A DNA stretch of 64,000 nt, from the NCBI GenBank assembly GCA_965649295.1, contig CBFGKH010000008.1, forward strand, positions 32,001 through 96,000, written 5' to 3'. The position numbers and the translations under genes were made by a program. This DNA is from a candidate division WOR-3 bacterium. Lineage in GTDB: Bacteria; Hydrothermota; Tepidihabitantia; Tepidihabitantales; Tepidihabitantaceae. Of the stretch, positions 27,969 through 37,772 are shown piece by piece. Below the pieces are notes generated by a model. The model was given only the letters and a program-made list of their open reading frames with translations, was not told where the DNA came from and did no database searches. Each line of letters begins with the position of its first letter. The first letter of the stretch is position 1.

Positions 27969-28475
27969 TCAGAAGGGCGCGAAATGGGCCTCGTGCCAGT
28001 AGGATTCGAGCAACTGGCTTTGCTGGCGGCGGATGGCGGCGGCGTGGTTCTCTTCCCACCGAACAAGAGCACTAAAGAACCGTTGCGCTTCCGGCTCCTC
28101 GACCTGCCCCAGCAGGTTACGGTATTGGGTGATGCTGGCGAGCTCAAGTTGGAGCCCAACGGCCAGCGCCGTCATCTCCCAGTGAGCCTCAGCAATGCGC
28201 GCTCGCAGCTCAGCGGAGAAGATTGGGTTTTCACCGCCAAGCTCTGCGCCAGCAGCGTTCAGCAGCCAGTTCGGCTGACGACCGGCAATCAGCTCACCGT
28301 ATTGCTGTTTGAGATATTCAAGGTGCTGAACTTCCTCGCTGGCAAGCTGCTGAAAGACATCCCGTCCTTTAGGATCAATCGTCTTGGCTGCGGCCGCTGT
28401 ATAGAATTCGTTGCCGGCCTGCTCGGCCAGGATTGCCTGCTTCAGCCCGGCAATCAGCAGCTCAGGATTGCCCAC
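27969..28475 (-). CDS. ferritin/rubrerythrin-like di-iron protein
   Basis: AILAE..G.EFY, LASEEVQH, LE.ASI.QY, WEENH; GTG start 28475. Confidence 0.85.
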   Translation of the reverse strand: MGNPELLIAGLKQAILAEQAGNEFYTAAAAKTIDPKGRDVFQQLASEEVQHLEYLKQQYGELIAGRQPNWLLNAAGAELGGENPIFSAELRARIAEAHWEMTALAVGLQLELASITQYRNLLGQVEEPEAQRFFSALVRWEENHAAAIRRQQSQLLESYWHEAHFAPF

Positions 28476-28857
28476 TTTCTGGTTGCACCTCGCGCTTGAG
28501 CAGTTCGTCGATCTTGCCGAGCAGCTCCTCAGGCTTAACCGGCTTGTGAACAAATGCATCGGCGCCCGCCTGATAGGCTGCGACCTCGTCCTTCTCGCTG
28601 GCCCGGGCCGAGCATACCACAATCGGCAGATGCTTTTTCTGGGTGCGCCGCAGCATCGTGCAGGTCTCATAGCCATCCATGCCCGGCATCAGAAGGTCCA
28701 TCACCACCAGGTCTGGTCGGTCGTTCTGAACCATCTTCAGGGCAATCCTGCCGTCGGGCGCAATGGAGACCCGATAACCTGCGCTCGTAAGCAGTTTCTC
28801 CATGTAGATCTGAATCGGCCGTTCGTCCTCCACTACCAGGATGTGCTTCTGCTCCAT
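28462..28857 (-). CDS. single-domain response regulator
   Basis: ILVVEDE, DLVVMDLLMPGMDG, GADAFVHKP. Confidence 0.93.
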   Translation of the reverse strand: MEQKHILVVEDERPIQIYMEKLLTSAGYRVSIAPDGRIALKMVQNDRPDLVVMDLLMPGMDGYETCTMLRRTQKKHLPIVVCSARASEKDEVAAYQAGADAFVHKPVKPEELLGKIDELLKREVQPESGQS

Positions 28858-28998
28858 GGGTTCAGGATAAGGCCCGCCAGCAGCAAGTCAAGCCCACGCA
28901 GCGTGGATTGGTGCTGAGCAACCCCGTGCTGGCAGCCAGCCGATTGACGCCCGGCCTACTGCCGGCTACGCTATCTTGCCACCAACAAAGGAGAACCC

Positions 28999-29937
28999 GT
29001 GCGATTCATCTTATTGCTGAGTACGCTCACCGCGCTGGTGCCGGCAGCAGAGATTCTGGTCTGGAACTACGACACCCTTGACCGTTTTTATGACCCCATC
29101 CGCAACGATTCGGTTGACTGTGCCTACTGGGTTGCCGAGCAGCTTCGGGCTGACGGCCACGCTGTTACCGTCCAGCCCGGTGCAGCGCTACCGCCATCCC
29201 TTACTGGGTTCGATGCTGTCTTCTGTCTGATGGGCTGGTACCGGTGCTGAGGCGACAACTGCACCATCGCTCAGGCTGAGCGAACCAAGCTGATTGACTA
29301 TCTAGAGGCCGGTGGCCCGGTCTATGCGGAAGGTGGCGACATCGGCTATTCTAATGCCACCACCAATATCTGGCCCTACTTCGGTGCCAGCTACCTAGCT
29401 GACGGCAATGCGGTCGGTAATGTCAGCTCCCTGACTGGCCGGCCCGGCACTTTCGCTGCCAGACTCCGCTTCGGTTATCCCTACAGCCAAGGTCCAGACA
29501 GCTATGTTGACGAGCTTGGTGCAGCCGCCGGCCAACTACTGCTGGCCGACCAGAGCTCGATCGGTCGCGCGGTGGTGCACCAGACCCCAACCTATCGTTC
29601 AGTCGTCGCCGCCACCATTGCCGGTGCCCTGTTGCCGACTGACCGTGGCGAGTTCATCAGTGCCTGTGCCCGCTACCTGGTAGAGGGACTCGGCATTGCC
29701 GACTATCAGCCCGCCAGCCGGCAGCAGCGCGCCGTACTGCCAACCAGCTCCGTTGCGGCTGGCAGCGAGCTGCGTCTTTGGGCGCCAGCAGACGCCGGCC
29801 AGCTCTACGATGTGACCGGTCGAGTCATCGGCACAATTCGGGCCGGCGCCACAACCATCGCCACTCAGGGGCTACCCAACGGTGCCTACTTGGCCTTGTT
29901 CGGCGGCACGACTCTTCGCTTCGTAGTAGCAAAGTAA
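28999..29937 (+). CDS. putative secreted selenoprotein (in-frame UGA at 29248-29250) with T9SS-like C-terminal domain
   Basis: AAGGAG RBS and signal peptide; frame stays open after TGA (GDNCTIAQAERTKLIDYLEAGGPVYAEGGDIGY...) and joins ORF 29572-29937 in frame; ends LYDVTGR...LPNGAY...RFVVAK. Confidence 0.75.
29267..29283 (+). promoter_or_regulatory. candidate bacterial SECIS apical hairpin
   Basis: TCGCTCA-GGC-TGAGCGA perfect 7-bp stem; G-starting loop begins 24 nt after the UGA. Confidence 0.6.
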
Positions 29938-29988
29938 CAAATGCCGCCAGCCCGGCATCGGTCGGGCTGGCGGCGCCTGCGCTCAAAA

Positions 29989-31110
29989 CTACAACGGTTT
30001 TTCCATCACCCGGTAGCGCTTATAGACCTCGGCGCCAAGCTCACGGTCAAAGTCATTAATCAGTCGGTTGTCCTCAAGATTCCAAGAAAGCTCGCACCAC
30101 TGGTAACCCTTCTTGCGGCCATAAAGCTCGGTCTCATAGAAGAGCAGTACCGGCAGCCCGAGCCGGCGATACTCCTGCTTGAACCCAAAGACGAGTGCCC
30201 GCACTCCGGTAATCCGATTCTTGTAATAGAGGAACTTCAGTATCTCCAGTGGCCCAAACCGACCCCCGAGCCGCGCGAGAATCTGGTTCATATCCGGCAA
30301 GGTGATAGAGAGACCGGCTGGCTTGCCGTCGTAGAACGCCAGCAGCACCATTCCCGGGTCAGCAAAACTCTTCAGGTTCTTAGCCAGCAGGTCCATCTCC
30401 TTATCGGTCATCGGTGAGAAACCCCAGTTCTGCTCCCACGAGGCGTTATACAGCTCCTTGATTATCCGCATCTCATTCGCCAGGTCCTTCATATTCACCG
30501 GCCGCACTGTAATCCGCGGGTTCTCCCGCAGTTTCAGGGCCAGCGTGACCAGCCGTTCTGGCATCGGTTTCGAACTGTATTTGATGAACGCCAGCAGGTC
30601 CTTGGCTTTAGCCAGCCCCCAGTTCTCGGCCAGTTTGAGGTAGTAAGGCGGGTTGTAAGGCATCATCAAGACCGGTGGCCGGTCAAAACCCTCAAGCAGA
30701 AAACCCCACTCATCATTCGACGACGGCGACATCGGCCCGCGCAGCACCGTCATGCCCTGAGACTTGACCCAGTCGGCTGCGGCATCAAAGAGAGCGTTCG
30801 CCACCTCTTGGTCGTCAACCGTCTCAAAGAACCCAAACGACCCGAGCTTCTCGTTCCAGAGGTTGTTGTAGTTGTCGTCAACCTGGGCGCTAATCCGGCC
30901 CACCACCTGATTGTTACGTCGGGCCAAGAAAAGCTCGCGCCGGGCGTGCTCCCAGAACGGATGATGCTGGTCAAGAATTGCCCGCACTTCCTTTTTCAAG
31001 GGTGGCACCCAGTTGGGGTCGCCGCGATAGAGCCGGAACGGCAGGTCAATGAACTGCCGGAGGTCGGCTTCGGTCTGGACGGGGGTGATGGTAACCACAG
31101 CTAGCTGCAC
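29989..31110 (-). CDS. GNAT-fold protein (YghO-like)
   Basis: Y..DPNWVPPL, VGRISA, FGFFE, MMPYNPPYY, W.QNWGF.PMT, ELSWNLEDN. Confidence 0.85.
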   Translation of the reverse strand: MQLAVVTITPVQTEADLRQFIDLPFRLYRGDPNWVPPLKKEVRAILDQHHPFWEHARRELFLARRNNQVVGRISAQVDDNYNNLWNEKLGSFGFFETVDDQEVANALFDAAADWVKSQGMTVLRGPMSPSSNDEWGFLLEGFDRPPVLMMPYNPPYYLKLAENWGLAKAKDLLAFIKYSSKPMPERLVTLALKLRENPRITVRPVNMKDLANEMRIIKELYNASWEQNWGFSPMTDKEMDLLAKNLKSFADPGMVLLAFYDGKPAGLSITLPDMNQILARLGGRFGPLEILKFLYYKNRITGVRALVFGFKQEYRRLGLPVLLFYETELYGRKKGYQWCELSWNLEDNRLINDFDRELGAEVYKRYRVMEKPL

Positions 31111-31198
31111 CTACTCTAATCCCGAGCATACCAGCTTGTCAACACTGGCCTAGGCCAGTCAGCTTGACCCCGGTCAGCCAAAACCTATACTCAGGAAG

Positions 31199-31819
31199 AT
31201 GCCGGCCATCAGAAATGAACCGTCCCACCGCCTGCTTATCAATCTAACCGCAACCGAGCTTGAGCGACTGGCCCGCCGCGCGCGGCTGCCGGTCCCCAAG
31301 CCTGTATCCCGCGCCCGACTTATCAACCTAATCGCGTCTGGGCTCGTCACCGACGACATTGTTGAACACCTACACCGGCTCTTTCCCCGTCCCCGGTCGC
31401 GACCGGCACCAAACCGGCTCGACCGACTGCTGCCGCTGCACGGTGCCGCAACGGTCCAGACCAGCACCAAGTCCGGCAGCGGGCTACTGCTCCTTGACTT
31501 TGGTAACAACTGCCGGGCGGTTCGGCTCAGTAGCACCGCCCTGTTCCTTGAGAACCGCTGGCCGGTCTTTGCCACCGACGCTGGCCTGGTTCCCCGCACT
31601 CGGCTCTACGCCGCCTTTGTCAAACCGGGCCGGCTCCATCCGGCTGCCGAAGTCGCGCCTGGTCGGTCCCGGCCGTTCATCCTTGACGAAGGCGAATACC
31701 AGTTGCGCAACGGCCGGCTGCGGATGGAACTTGTCCACGCCGGGCCAATCTCTTTTCTGGTTGTCTTCCTGCGTGCTAGCGGCGAGCGCACCGACTATCT
31801 CTTTGAGCCAATTGCCTGA
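31199..31819 (+). CDS. hypothetical protein
   Basis: 206-aa ORF after TTGACC-N16-TATACT-N7-ATG. Confidence 0.55.
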   Translation: MPAIRNEPSHRLLINLTATELERLARRARLPVPKPVSRARLINLIASGLVTDDIVEHLHRLFPRPRSRPAPNRLDRLLPLHGAATVQTSTKSGSGLLLLDFGNNCRAVRLSSTALFLENRWPVFATDAGLVPRTRLYAAFVKPGRLHPAAEVAPGRSRPFILDEGEYQLRNGRLRMELVHAGPISFLVVFLRASGERTDYLFEPIA

Positions 31820-31849
31820 GTCTCGGCCTAGTTCGCTGCGAAAGGGCTG

Positions 31850-32578
31850 ATGCTCGGCCTACTGCTCCTGGCGGTTGCGCCATCCATCGCCCTCTTCATC
31901 TTCTTCTACGCCCGCGACCGCTACCGCAAGGAACCCTGGCGTAACCTTATCGTGACCTTCCTTTACGGCGCCCTTTCCCTAGGCCCGGCTGCTCTCACCT
32001 CTTACTCGCTGGAGACGCTGACCGGCTGGCGCTCCACCACCCCCAACCTCTTTCACGCCTTTCTCGGCGCACTCTTCATCGTCGCCCTGGTCGAGGAGGG
32101 AGCAAAGTTTATCGTTGTCCGGTTCCACGCCTACTACCACCGCGAGTTCGACGAGCCTTACGACGGGATTATGTACTCAGTGATGGCCGCGCTCGGGTTT
32201 GCCACGGTCGAAAACGTCCTCTATGTCCTGCGCCAGGGCGTCGCCACCGGCATTGTTCGCGGCCTATTGGCAGTGCCGGTTCACGCCTTTAGCGGCGTGG
32301 TGATGGGTTACTTCATTGGTCTTGGTAAGTTTCAGGGAACCGATACCCGGGCTAACTGGTACTCAGCGGCCGGACTGGGCCTTGCCATCCTTGCCCACGC
32401 GGTCTATGACTTCATCATCTTCTCGCTCGACAAGGCTCCGCTTCTCCTCGGCAGCCTCGTCGTCTTTGCCGCGCTCTCCTGGGTAATCTTCTTCAAGGCG
32501 ACTCGCCATCTCGCTGACCAGTCACCGCACCAAGACCCGAACCTCTCCGGCCCGAACCCGCCCGGCCCAGCCAGCTAG
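31850..32578 (+). CDS. PrsW family intramembrane metalloprotease
   Basis: D.Y.KEP, VEEGAK, FDEPYDGI.Y, GFATVEN, H..F, HAVYD. Confidence 0.93.
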   Translation: MLGLLLLAVAPSIALFIFFYARDRYRKEPWRNLIVTFLYGALSLGPAALTSYSLETLTGWRSTTPNLFHAFLGALFIVALVEEGAKFIVVRFHAYYHREFDEPYDGIMYSVMAALGFATVENVLYVLRQGVATGIVRGLLAVPVHAFSGVVMGYFIGLGKFQGTDTRANWYSAAGLGLAILAHAVYDFIIFSLDKAPLLLGSLVVFAALSWVIFFKATRHLADQSPHQDPNLSGPNPPGPAS

Positions 32579-33210
32579 CGACCGGCCTGCTCGAACTCGG
32601 CAATCGCTTGCTCGGTCAACGGATGGTCCCCCAGCTCGCGCAGGACTGCGAGCGGCATTGTCACCTCATCCGCGCCGGCAACCATCGCCGCGACTGCCTC
32701 AGCCGGCGACTTGATGCTTGCCGCCAGAATTGCCGGTGCCCTCTTCATTGTCGCAAACAGCGCGTCTATCTCATTGACTAGGCGGACTCCGTCACCAAGC
32801 AGCCGCGTTGCCCGATTGACATAGACAATCACGATTGCCGCCCCGGCCTCAGCCGCGACCAGCGCCTGGGCCGGCGAATAGACCGCGGTCGCCGCGCAGG
32901 GAATATCCCGCGCGAGCGTTGCCAGCAGCCGCATGTTCGCGGTAGTGGCCGGAATCTTCAGCACCACCTGGTCCTTGCGCCCTAGCGCAGCAAACTCGTG
33001 GCCCTCGCGCTCCCGTTCCTTCTCGCTCGGACCGGTCAACTGATAGAATACCGGATGCTCGGTTGCCGCACAGATGGCCGAAATGACTTTCTGCGGATTG
33101 CCACCCGCTGCCGCTATCAGCAACGGATTGGTCGTAACGCCGGTGACAAATCCTAGTCCGAGCGCCTCCTTCACCTCTTCTAGCCGTGCGCTATCAATCA
33201 GGATTGGCAT
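32575..33210 (-). CDS. transaldolase / fructose-6-phosphate aldolase family protein
   Basis: IDSA, GVTTNP, VVLKIP, ILAASIK, HPLT. Confidence 0.9.
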   Translation of the reverse strand: MPILIDSARLEEVKEALGLGFVTGVTTNPLLIAAAGGNPQKVISAICAATEHPVFYQLTGPSEKEREREGHEFAALGRKDQVVLKIPATTANMRLLATLARDIPCAATAVYSPAQALVAAEAGAAIVIVYVNRATRLLGDGVRLVNEIDALFATMKRAPAILAASIKSPAEAVAAMVAGADEVTMPLAVLRELGDHPLTEQAIAEFEQAGR

Positions 33211-34126
33211 ACTGCTCCTTTCTCGCCAGCAGCTCCTCGACCGCCGCCCGTTCGGGCATCGACGGCTCTGCGCCCATCACCGTGCAGGCCAGCCCACCAC
33301 AGGCATTGGCAAAAGCGACTGCCGCGTCAATCGTCGCCCCCTCGGCCAGCCGCACTGCCAGCCCGGCCCGGAACGCATCGCCGGCGCCGGTCGTGTCAAC
33401 AACATTCACCCGGTGGGCCGAAAACTCGCGCAGACCGCGCCCGTCATAGACCATCGCTCCACTGGCACCCAGCGATACCACCACCCCTTGTCGCGCCCGG
33501 GCACCAAGCAGCCGGCCCCAGTCCTCGTGCCGCAACCGATGGGTGAGCGCGTGGGCCTCAAGCTCGTTCGGCACGATATAGTCAACCATGACCCCAAGGT
33601 CGCTGGCACCATAACCGGTTGGTGCCGGATCAAGTAGCACCGTCGTCCCCTGCCTAGCCGCCAGTTCTGCCGCATAGGCCGACACCTTCAGCGGAATCTC
33701 AAACTGGAGCATCAGCACATCAGCCTCGGCAATCCGATCGGCCACGCGGTCAACGTCGCGCTTGGTCACCCGCATGTTTGCCCGCGGCACCACGATAATC
33801 GAGTTATCCCCAGCTTCATCCACAATCGGACAGGCAACCGCTGTCCCGGCCTTATCCTGCCGGATGTGTTCGGTGCTCATGCCCGACTCAGTCAGCTTGT
33901 CAAAAAAGCGGCGGCCAAAATCGTCATCACCAACCCGGCCCACAAGCGTCACCTCCGCGCCCAGCCGACGACAGGCAATCGCCTGATTGAAACCCTTGCC
34001 GCCAAGAAAGATTCCAAAGTCAAGGCCAAGCACCGTCTCACCCGCACCCGGCCAGTTCTTCACCCGAAAGACAAGGTCGGTAACAAGCGAACCGACCACT
34101 ACGATCCGCGGCCTATCACCTTTCAT
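33194..34126 (-). CDS. rbsK: ribokinase
   Basis: GGKGFNQA, VG.DDFG, PNELEA, DTTGAGDAF. Confidence 0.9.
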   Translation of the reverse strand: MKGDRPRIVVVGSLVTDLVFRVKNWPGAGETVLGLDFGIFLGGKGFNQAIACRRLGAEVTLVGRVGDDDFGRRFFDKLTESGMSTEHIRQDKAGTAVACPIVDEAGDNSIIVVPRANMRVTKRDVDRVADRIAEADVLMLQFEIPLKVSAYAAELAARQGTTVLLDPAPTGYGASDLGVMVDYIVPNELEAHALTHRLRHEDWGRLLGARARQGVVVSLGASGAMVYDGRGLREFSAHRVNVVDTTGAGDAFRAGLAVRLAEGATIDAAVAFANACGGLACTVMGAEPSMPERAAVEELLARKEQYANPD

Positions 34127-34179
34127 CGCCAGTAGCCACAGCTGACACTACTCCCCTGCCCTGTAACCAAGCGGTGCGC

Positions 34180-34557
34180 TCACTCCTCGGGCTCGCGGAA
34201 CAGGGCCGACAGCACAACCGTCGTCACCGACACAATCAACGCGCCCCAGAAAGCCGGCCAGAAACCGCGCACATAGAACCCAACATGAAGCCAGTGCACC
34301 GCAATCTGCGAAGCCAGCCAGAGGGTCAGGCCATTGATGACCAGCGTAAAAAGCCCAAGCGTCAGGATAATCAGTCCGCAGGAGAGCAGCTTGAGAATCG
34401 GCCTGACCACTGCGTTGACCAGCCCAAGCACCACTGCCATCACTGCAAAGACCCACCACGCCTTTGGCTCGACCTCGATACCGGGCAGAACCCAAGCTGC
34501 CACAAACAGGGCAAACGCGGCAACAAACCAGCGAATCAACAGTCGCATCGCCCTCAA
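34180..34557 (-). CDS. phage holin family (YvlD-like, 4 TM) membrane protein
   Basis: LGLVNAVVRPILKLL...LTLGLFTLVING...GFWPAFWGALIVS. Confidence 0.9.
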   Translation of the reverse strand: MRAMRLLIRWFVAAFALFVAAWVLPGIEVEPKAWWVFAVMAVVLGLVNAVVRPILKLLSCGLIILTLGLFTLVINGLTLWLASQIAVHWLHVGFYVRGFWPAFWGALIVSVTTVVLSALFREPEE

Positions 34558-34725
34558 GTATCAGTCCAGGCCAAACCGAAGTCAACCGCACCGCTGCTGT
34601 CATTGGCTCCACCACAACCAGCACTCACCGCCACTGCCGGCCCGACCCGGCCACTGGCATTTAGTCTATTGACCGGCCTGTGCCCCGTGTTAGACTGACC
34701 CGTAAGCGACAAACTGGAGGTATAT

Positions 34726-36483
34726 TTGAAAAAGTCTCTGCTCCTGTGGTTGCTGGTCATTGTCGCCTTCCCGGCGCTGGCTAGCACCACCTACCCGCTC
34801 ACCGGTCCGGTCGTAAAATGGGAGAAGTTCTACGACCGTAGCGGCAAGGAGATTTTGCCACCAGCCGGCACTGACGATGTGAGCGACGACTCACTCTACT
34901 TCAAGGACTATCTCGTGCCCACCTACCTGCGCTCCAGTGCCAAAACCGCCAACCCCAATCCTGCCAACCGAACCGCCTTTGCCTGGCAGAACAATCAGAA
35001 CGTCCCCTGCATGAGCCCGGACGGTGAGTATGTCTATGAGGCTCGGCGCGGCAACCTGCGCCGCTTTTCAACCGCCGACGGCTCCTATACCGACTTCCCG
35101 CTATCCCATCCTGGCGACTCTACCTGCGGCACCGACGGTCGCTATCTCTACATCCTCGCCGGCAACACCGTCCACAAGTACAGCCTCGCCGGCACCTACA
35201 TCAACACCACCACCATCAACGTCACACCATTCTGGACCGCCTTTGCTGTAGCCCGCGAGACGGTCTGGGTCAGCCCCAGCATGAGCGGAGCTACTACCTT
35301 CTACGGCTACGCCTGCTCCCGCTTCAATGGCGGCTCAATTTCCCACGATGCAACTTGGGACATCGGCAATGTCGGCACGTCCTCGCCCATCAACATTGCC
35401 TGGGACGGAACCTACTACTACCTGCTCTGCGGCGGCCTCAACACCAATCCTTTCTATCGCTTCTACGCCAACCGTACGCTCTACTCTACCGGCACAGTTA
35501 CTGCCGACGGCCGCAGCGTGATGTGCACCTGGCGCCCGGCCGCGCCTCGTCCAAAAGTCCTCGTTGCCGGTTGCTACTCTAATCCTGCCGCAGTCAAGCG
35601 CCTCGCCGACACCCTAGCCCTGTACAACACCTACTTCTCCGCCTTCGACACCATTGATGCCAGCATCGCCCCTCCGCCATCAGCCAGAGAGCTCTGGGAC
35701 GCTGGCTACCGGGCGATCCTCACCTATTCCGACGCGGCCTATTCCGACGCTACTGCCTGGGGCGACATGCTCGCCCAGTTTGTCGAGCTGGGCGGCGGCG
35801 TGGCCGTCACCTGCTTTGCCGACGCCAACTATACTGGTTATTACCTAGCCGGTGCCTGGAACCCGCGCTACACCCTCTGGAACCTCAACACCAACGGCTT
35901 CACCGGCGCTACCCTCGGCACCGTTTATGAACCGACCCATCCGATAATGGACGGTGTCACCACGGTCGGCTGCGGCAACTGGCGAACCGCTGCCACCACG
36001 CCCATGGCGTCGCCCTATGTCACGAGAATTGCCGATTGGGCCAGCGGCAACCTCCAGTGCGTTGCCTACGACTCCGCTGGCTCGCGCGTCGTCTATCTCG
36101 GGTTCTACGCTGGCGCCAACTTCATCTCGTCGCCCAACCCTAACACCGGCGACTGGGTAAGACAGCTAAGCAACGCCCTGCGTTGGACAGCCGAAGGCAG
36201 CACCACAGCCATCGCCGACCAGCCCGCCGACAAGCCTGCTTTCCGAATCTGGCCTAACCCGGTCCGCAGCCGGCTCAACCTTGCGCTCGGCCACGCTGCC
36301 AGTAGTGCGGATGTCCAGTTATTCGACATCACCGGCCGCTCAGTACTCGACCGGACACTCACCACCGAGGAACGCACCGGCATCACCGCACTCGACCTTG
36401 GTGAGCTGCCTGCCGGCATCTACCTGCTCAAGCTCACCACCGACGGTACAACCACGTCCCAGAAACTCATAATCCAGCGCTGA
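34726..36483 (+). CDS. secreted beta-rich protein with T9SS type A sorting domain
   Basis: GGAGG-TTG, signal peptide; C-terminal IWPNPV...LFDITGR...LPAGIYLL...QKLIIQR. Confidence 0.88.
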   Translation: MKKSLLLWLLVIVAFPALASTTYPLTGPVVKWEKFYDRSGKEILPPAGTDDVSDDSLYFKDYLVPTYLRSSAKTANPNPANRTAFAWQNNQNVPCMSPDGEYVYEARRGNLRRFSTADGSYTDFPLSHPGDSTCGTDGRYLYILAGNTVHKYSLAGTYINTTTINVTPFWTAFAVARETVWVSPSMSGATTFYGYACSRFNGGSISHDATWDIGNVGTSSPINIAWDGTYYYLLCGGLNTNPFYRFYANRTLYSTGTVTADGRSVMCTWRPAAPRPKVLVAGCYSNPAAVKRLADTLALYNTYFSAFDTIDASIAPPPSARELWDAGYRAILTYSDAAYSDATAWGDMLAQFVELGGGVAVTCFADANYTGYYLAGAWNPRYTLWNLNTNGFTGATLGTVYEPTHPIMDGVTTVGCGNWRTAATTPMASPYVTRIADWASGNLQCVAYDSAGSRVVYLGFYAGANFISSPNPNTGDWVRQLSNALRWTAEGSTTAIADQPADKPAFRIWPNPVRSRLNLALGHAASSADVQLFDITGRSVLDRTLTTEERTGITALDLGELPAGIYLLKLTTDGTTTSQKLIIQR

Positions 36484-36522
36484 TGCCAAACCACTAGCGC
36501 CTGCTGACAACAAATCTGCAAC

Positions 36523-36546
36523 TGGGGCGGCCAAATGGCCGCCCCA
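36523..36546 (+). terminator. hairpin terminator
   Basis: TGGGGCGGCC-AAAT-GGCCGCCCCA 10-bp stem. Confidence 0.65.
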
Positions 36547-36712
36547 ACTCTACTGCTCTTCCGGCTAATGCTGAGGCTCAAGGCCATAAGAGAACGTTCC
36601 CTCGGCTGCTGTCGCCGCCAGCATCAAGACCACAACGGCCAATAGTTGCCCCATGCAAACCGTCGAGCGGCAGCCAGTGCTGCCGCTCCCGGTTCTCCTG
36701 CTCCTTTGCTGG

Positions 36713-37108
36713 CTAACGCCGGCCCCGACCGCGCCGACCACGCCCCCTGCCATGGTCGTCCCAATACCCGCGGCCGCGCCGGTCATCATAGCCCGAGCGC
36801 AGTTCGTGCCGGAGACGATACACCAACCCGCCAGGCATCCCATACCAATAGACGCGGTGACTCGAGAAACCTCGTGTCAGCTCGGCCAGCTCAGTCCGCG
36901 AAAACCACCGCCAAGTCCCACTCTTTGCATCCCAGCCGTATAACGAGTCATCGCTACGCCGGAAAGACTCCCTAACAACCGCCCGTGAAGAGCTCCGATG
37001 CGGATAGTAATCATCCGCGCCCCGCCGCGCCAGCACCGGAGCAAGCAACCCACTCACCAAGAACAACCCGAGCACCAATCTTGATAGCGACCGCAAATTG
37101 CTAAACAT
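36713..37108 (-). CDS. hypothetical secreted protein with RG-rich tail
   Basis: AAGGAG RBS 6 nt before ATG; signal-peptide-like N-terminus; DDHGRGRGRRGRGRR tail. Confidence 0.5.
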   Translation of the reverse strand: MFSNLRSLSRLVLGLFLVSGLLAPVLARRGADDYYPHRSSSRAVVRESFRRSDDSLYGWDAKSGTWRWFSRTELAELTRGFSSHRVYWYGMPGGLVYRLRHELRSGYDDRRGRGYWDDHGRGRGRRGRGRR

Positions 37109-37210
37109 TTCATGCTCCTTTCATCCGGTCCTGAGACCACTTAGACCATTGGAACCGCCGCCAGATTCTGCTATGGCCTAGCCCGGGCTCGAGACTGCCC
37201 GCCCAGATCA

Positions 37211-37591
37211 TCACTGACGCAGTCGAGAAGGCCGACACCAGCTTACCCACGAAGTCGTTGGAAAGGACACCGGCAAGTAGCCGCGACAACACCAACGAAG
37301 AGAGAGCCCGAATCCTTCACCATAGGACCGTGGCTGGCATGGCCCGAGGCCTAGCACCAAACCTACGGCCTAGCCCAGCCCAAGACCCAGTCACAAGCCT
37401 AACCCACAAGCCCTGCCCAGACATCTCCGCCAGCACAATATCAGTCCCATCACGAGACAGCCACGGAAACAACTCCGGGAACCATCCCCCAGACGCCCTA
37501 CCGTAGATTAGGCCGATAAGCACATCCATTTGATTGGCAACGACTTACAGCCATTCTACCCCACCCGACCCTGTGTACTAACTCTATACTT
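37211..37591 (+). repeat. Copy B of 12-nt-periodic intergenic element
   Basis: 12-mers (CGGCAAGTAGCC, TCACAAGCCTAA, CCCACAAGCCCT...), GACGCCCT at 37492, CTAACTCTATACTT at 37578-37591; left boundary approximate. Confidence 0.8.
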
Positions 37592-37772
37592 CTGCCCCAA
37601 CCCCAAATTCCCTGCTCATCCCCGACCGCCAACAATCCCGCGCACCCAAACAGGCCGTAAAGCATGCCCTAGAGCAGATAGTGACGAGCGGACATACTGC
37701 CCGGCCGCTTGACATCGATGCTACCAAGCATATATTCCTCCACGATGACGACACATCTGCCGAGACAAGACA

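Noticed and set aside
29248..29250. Genome-wide UGA reassignment (code 4/25) as the explanation for the in-frame TGA
   Set aside because: TGA is a normal stop for many conserved genes here (topA, fabF, etfB, pheS), often in ATGA overlaps.
34180..34557. Prophage inferred from the 'phage holin family' gene
   Set aside because: YvlD-like 4-TM proteins are common chromosomal genes, and there are no phage structural, lysin or integrase genes nearby.
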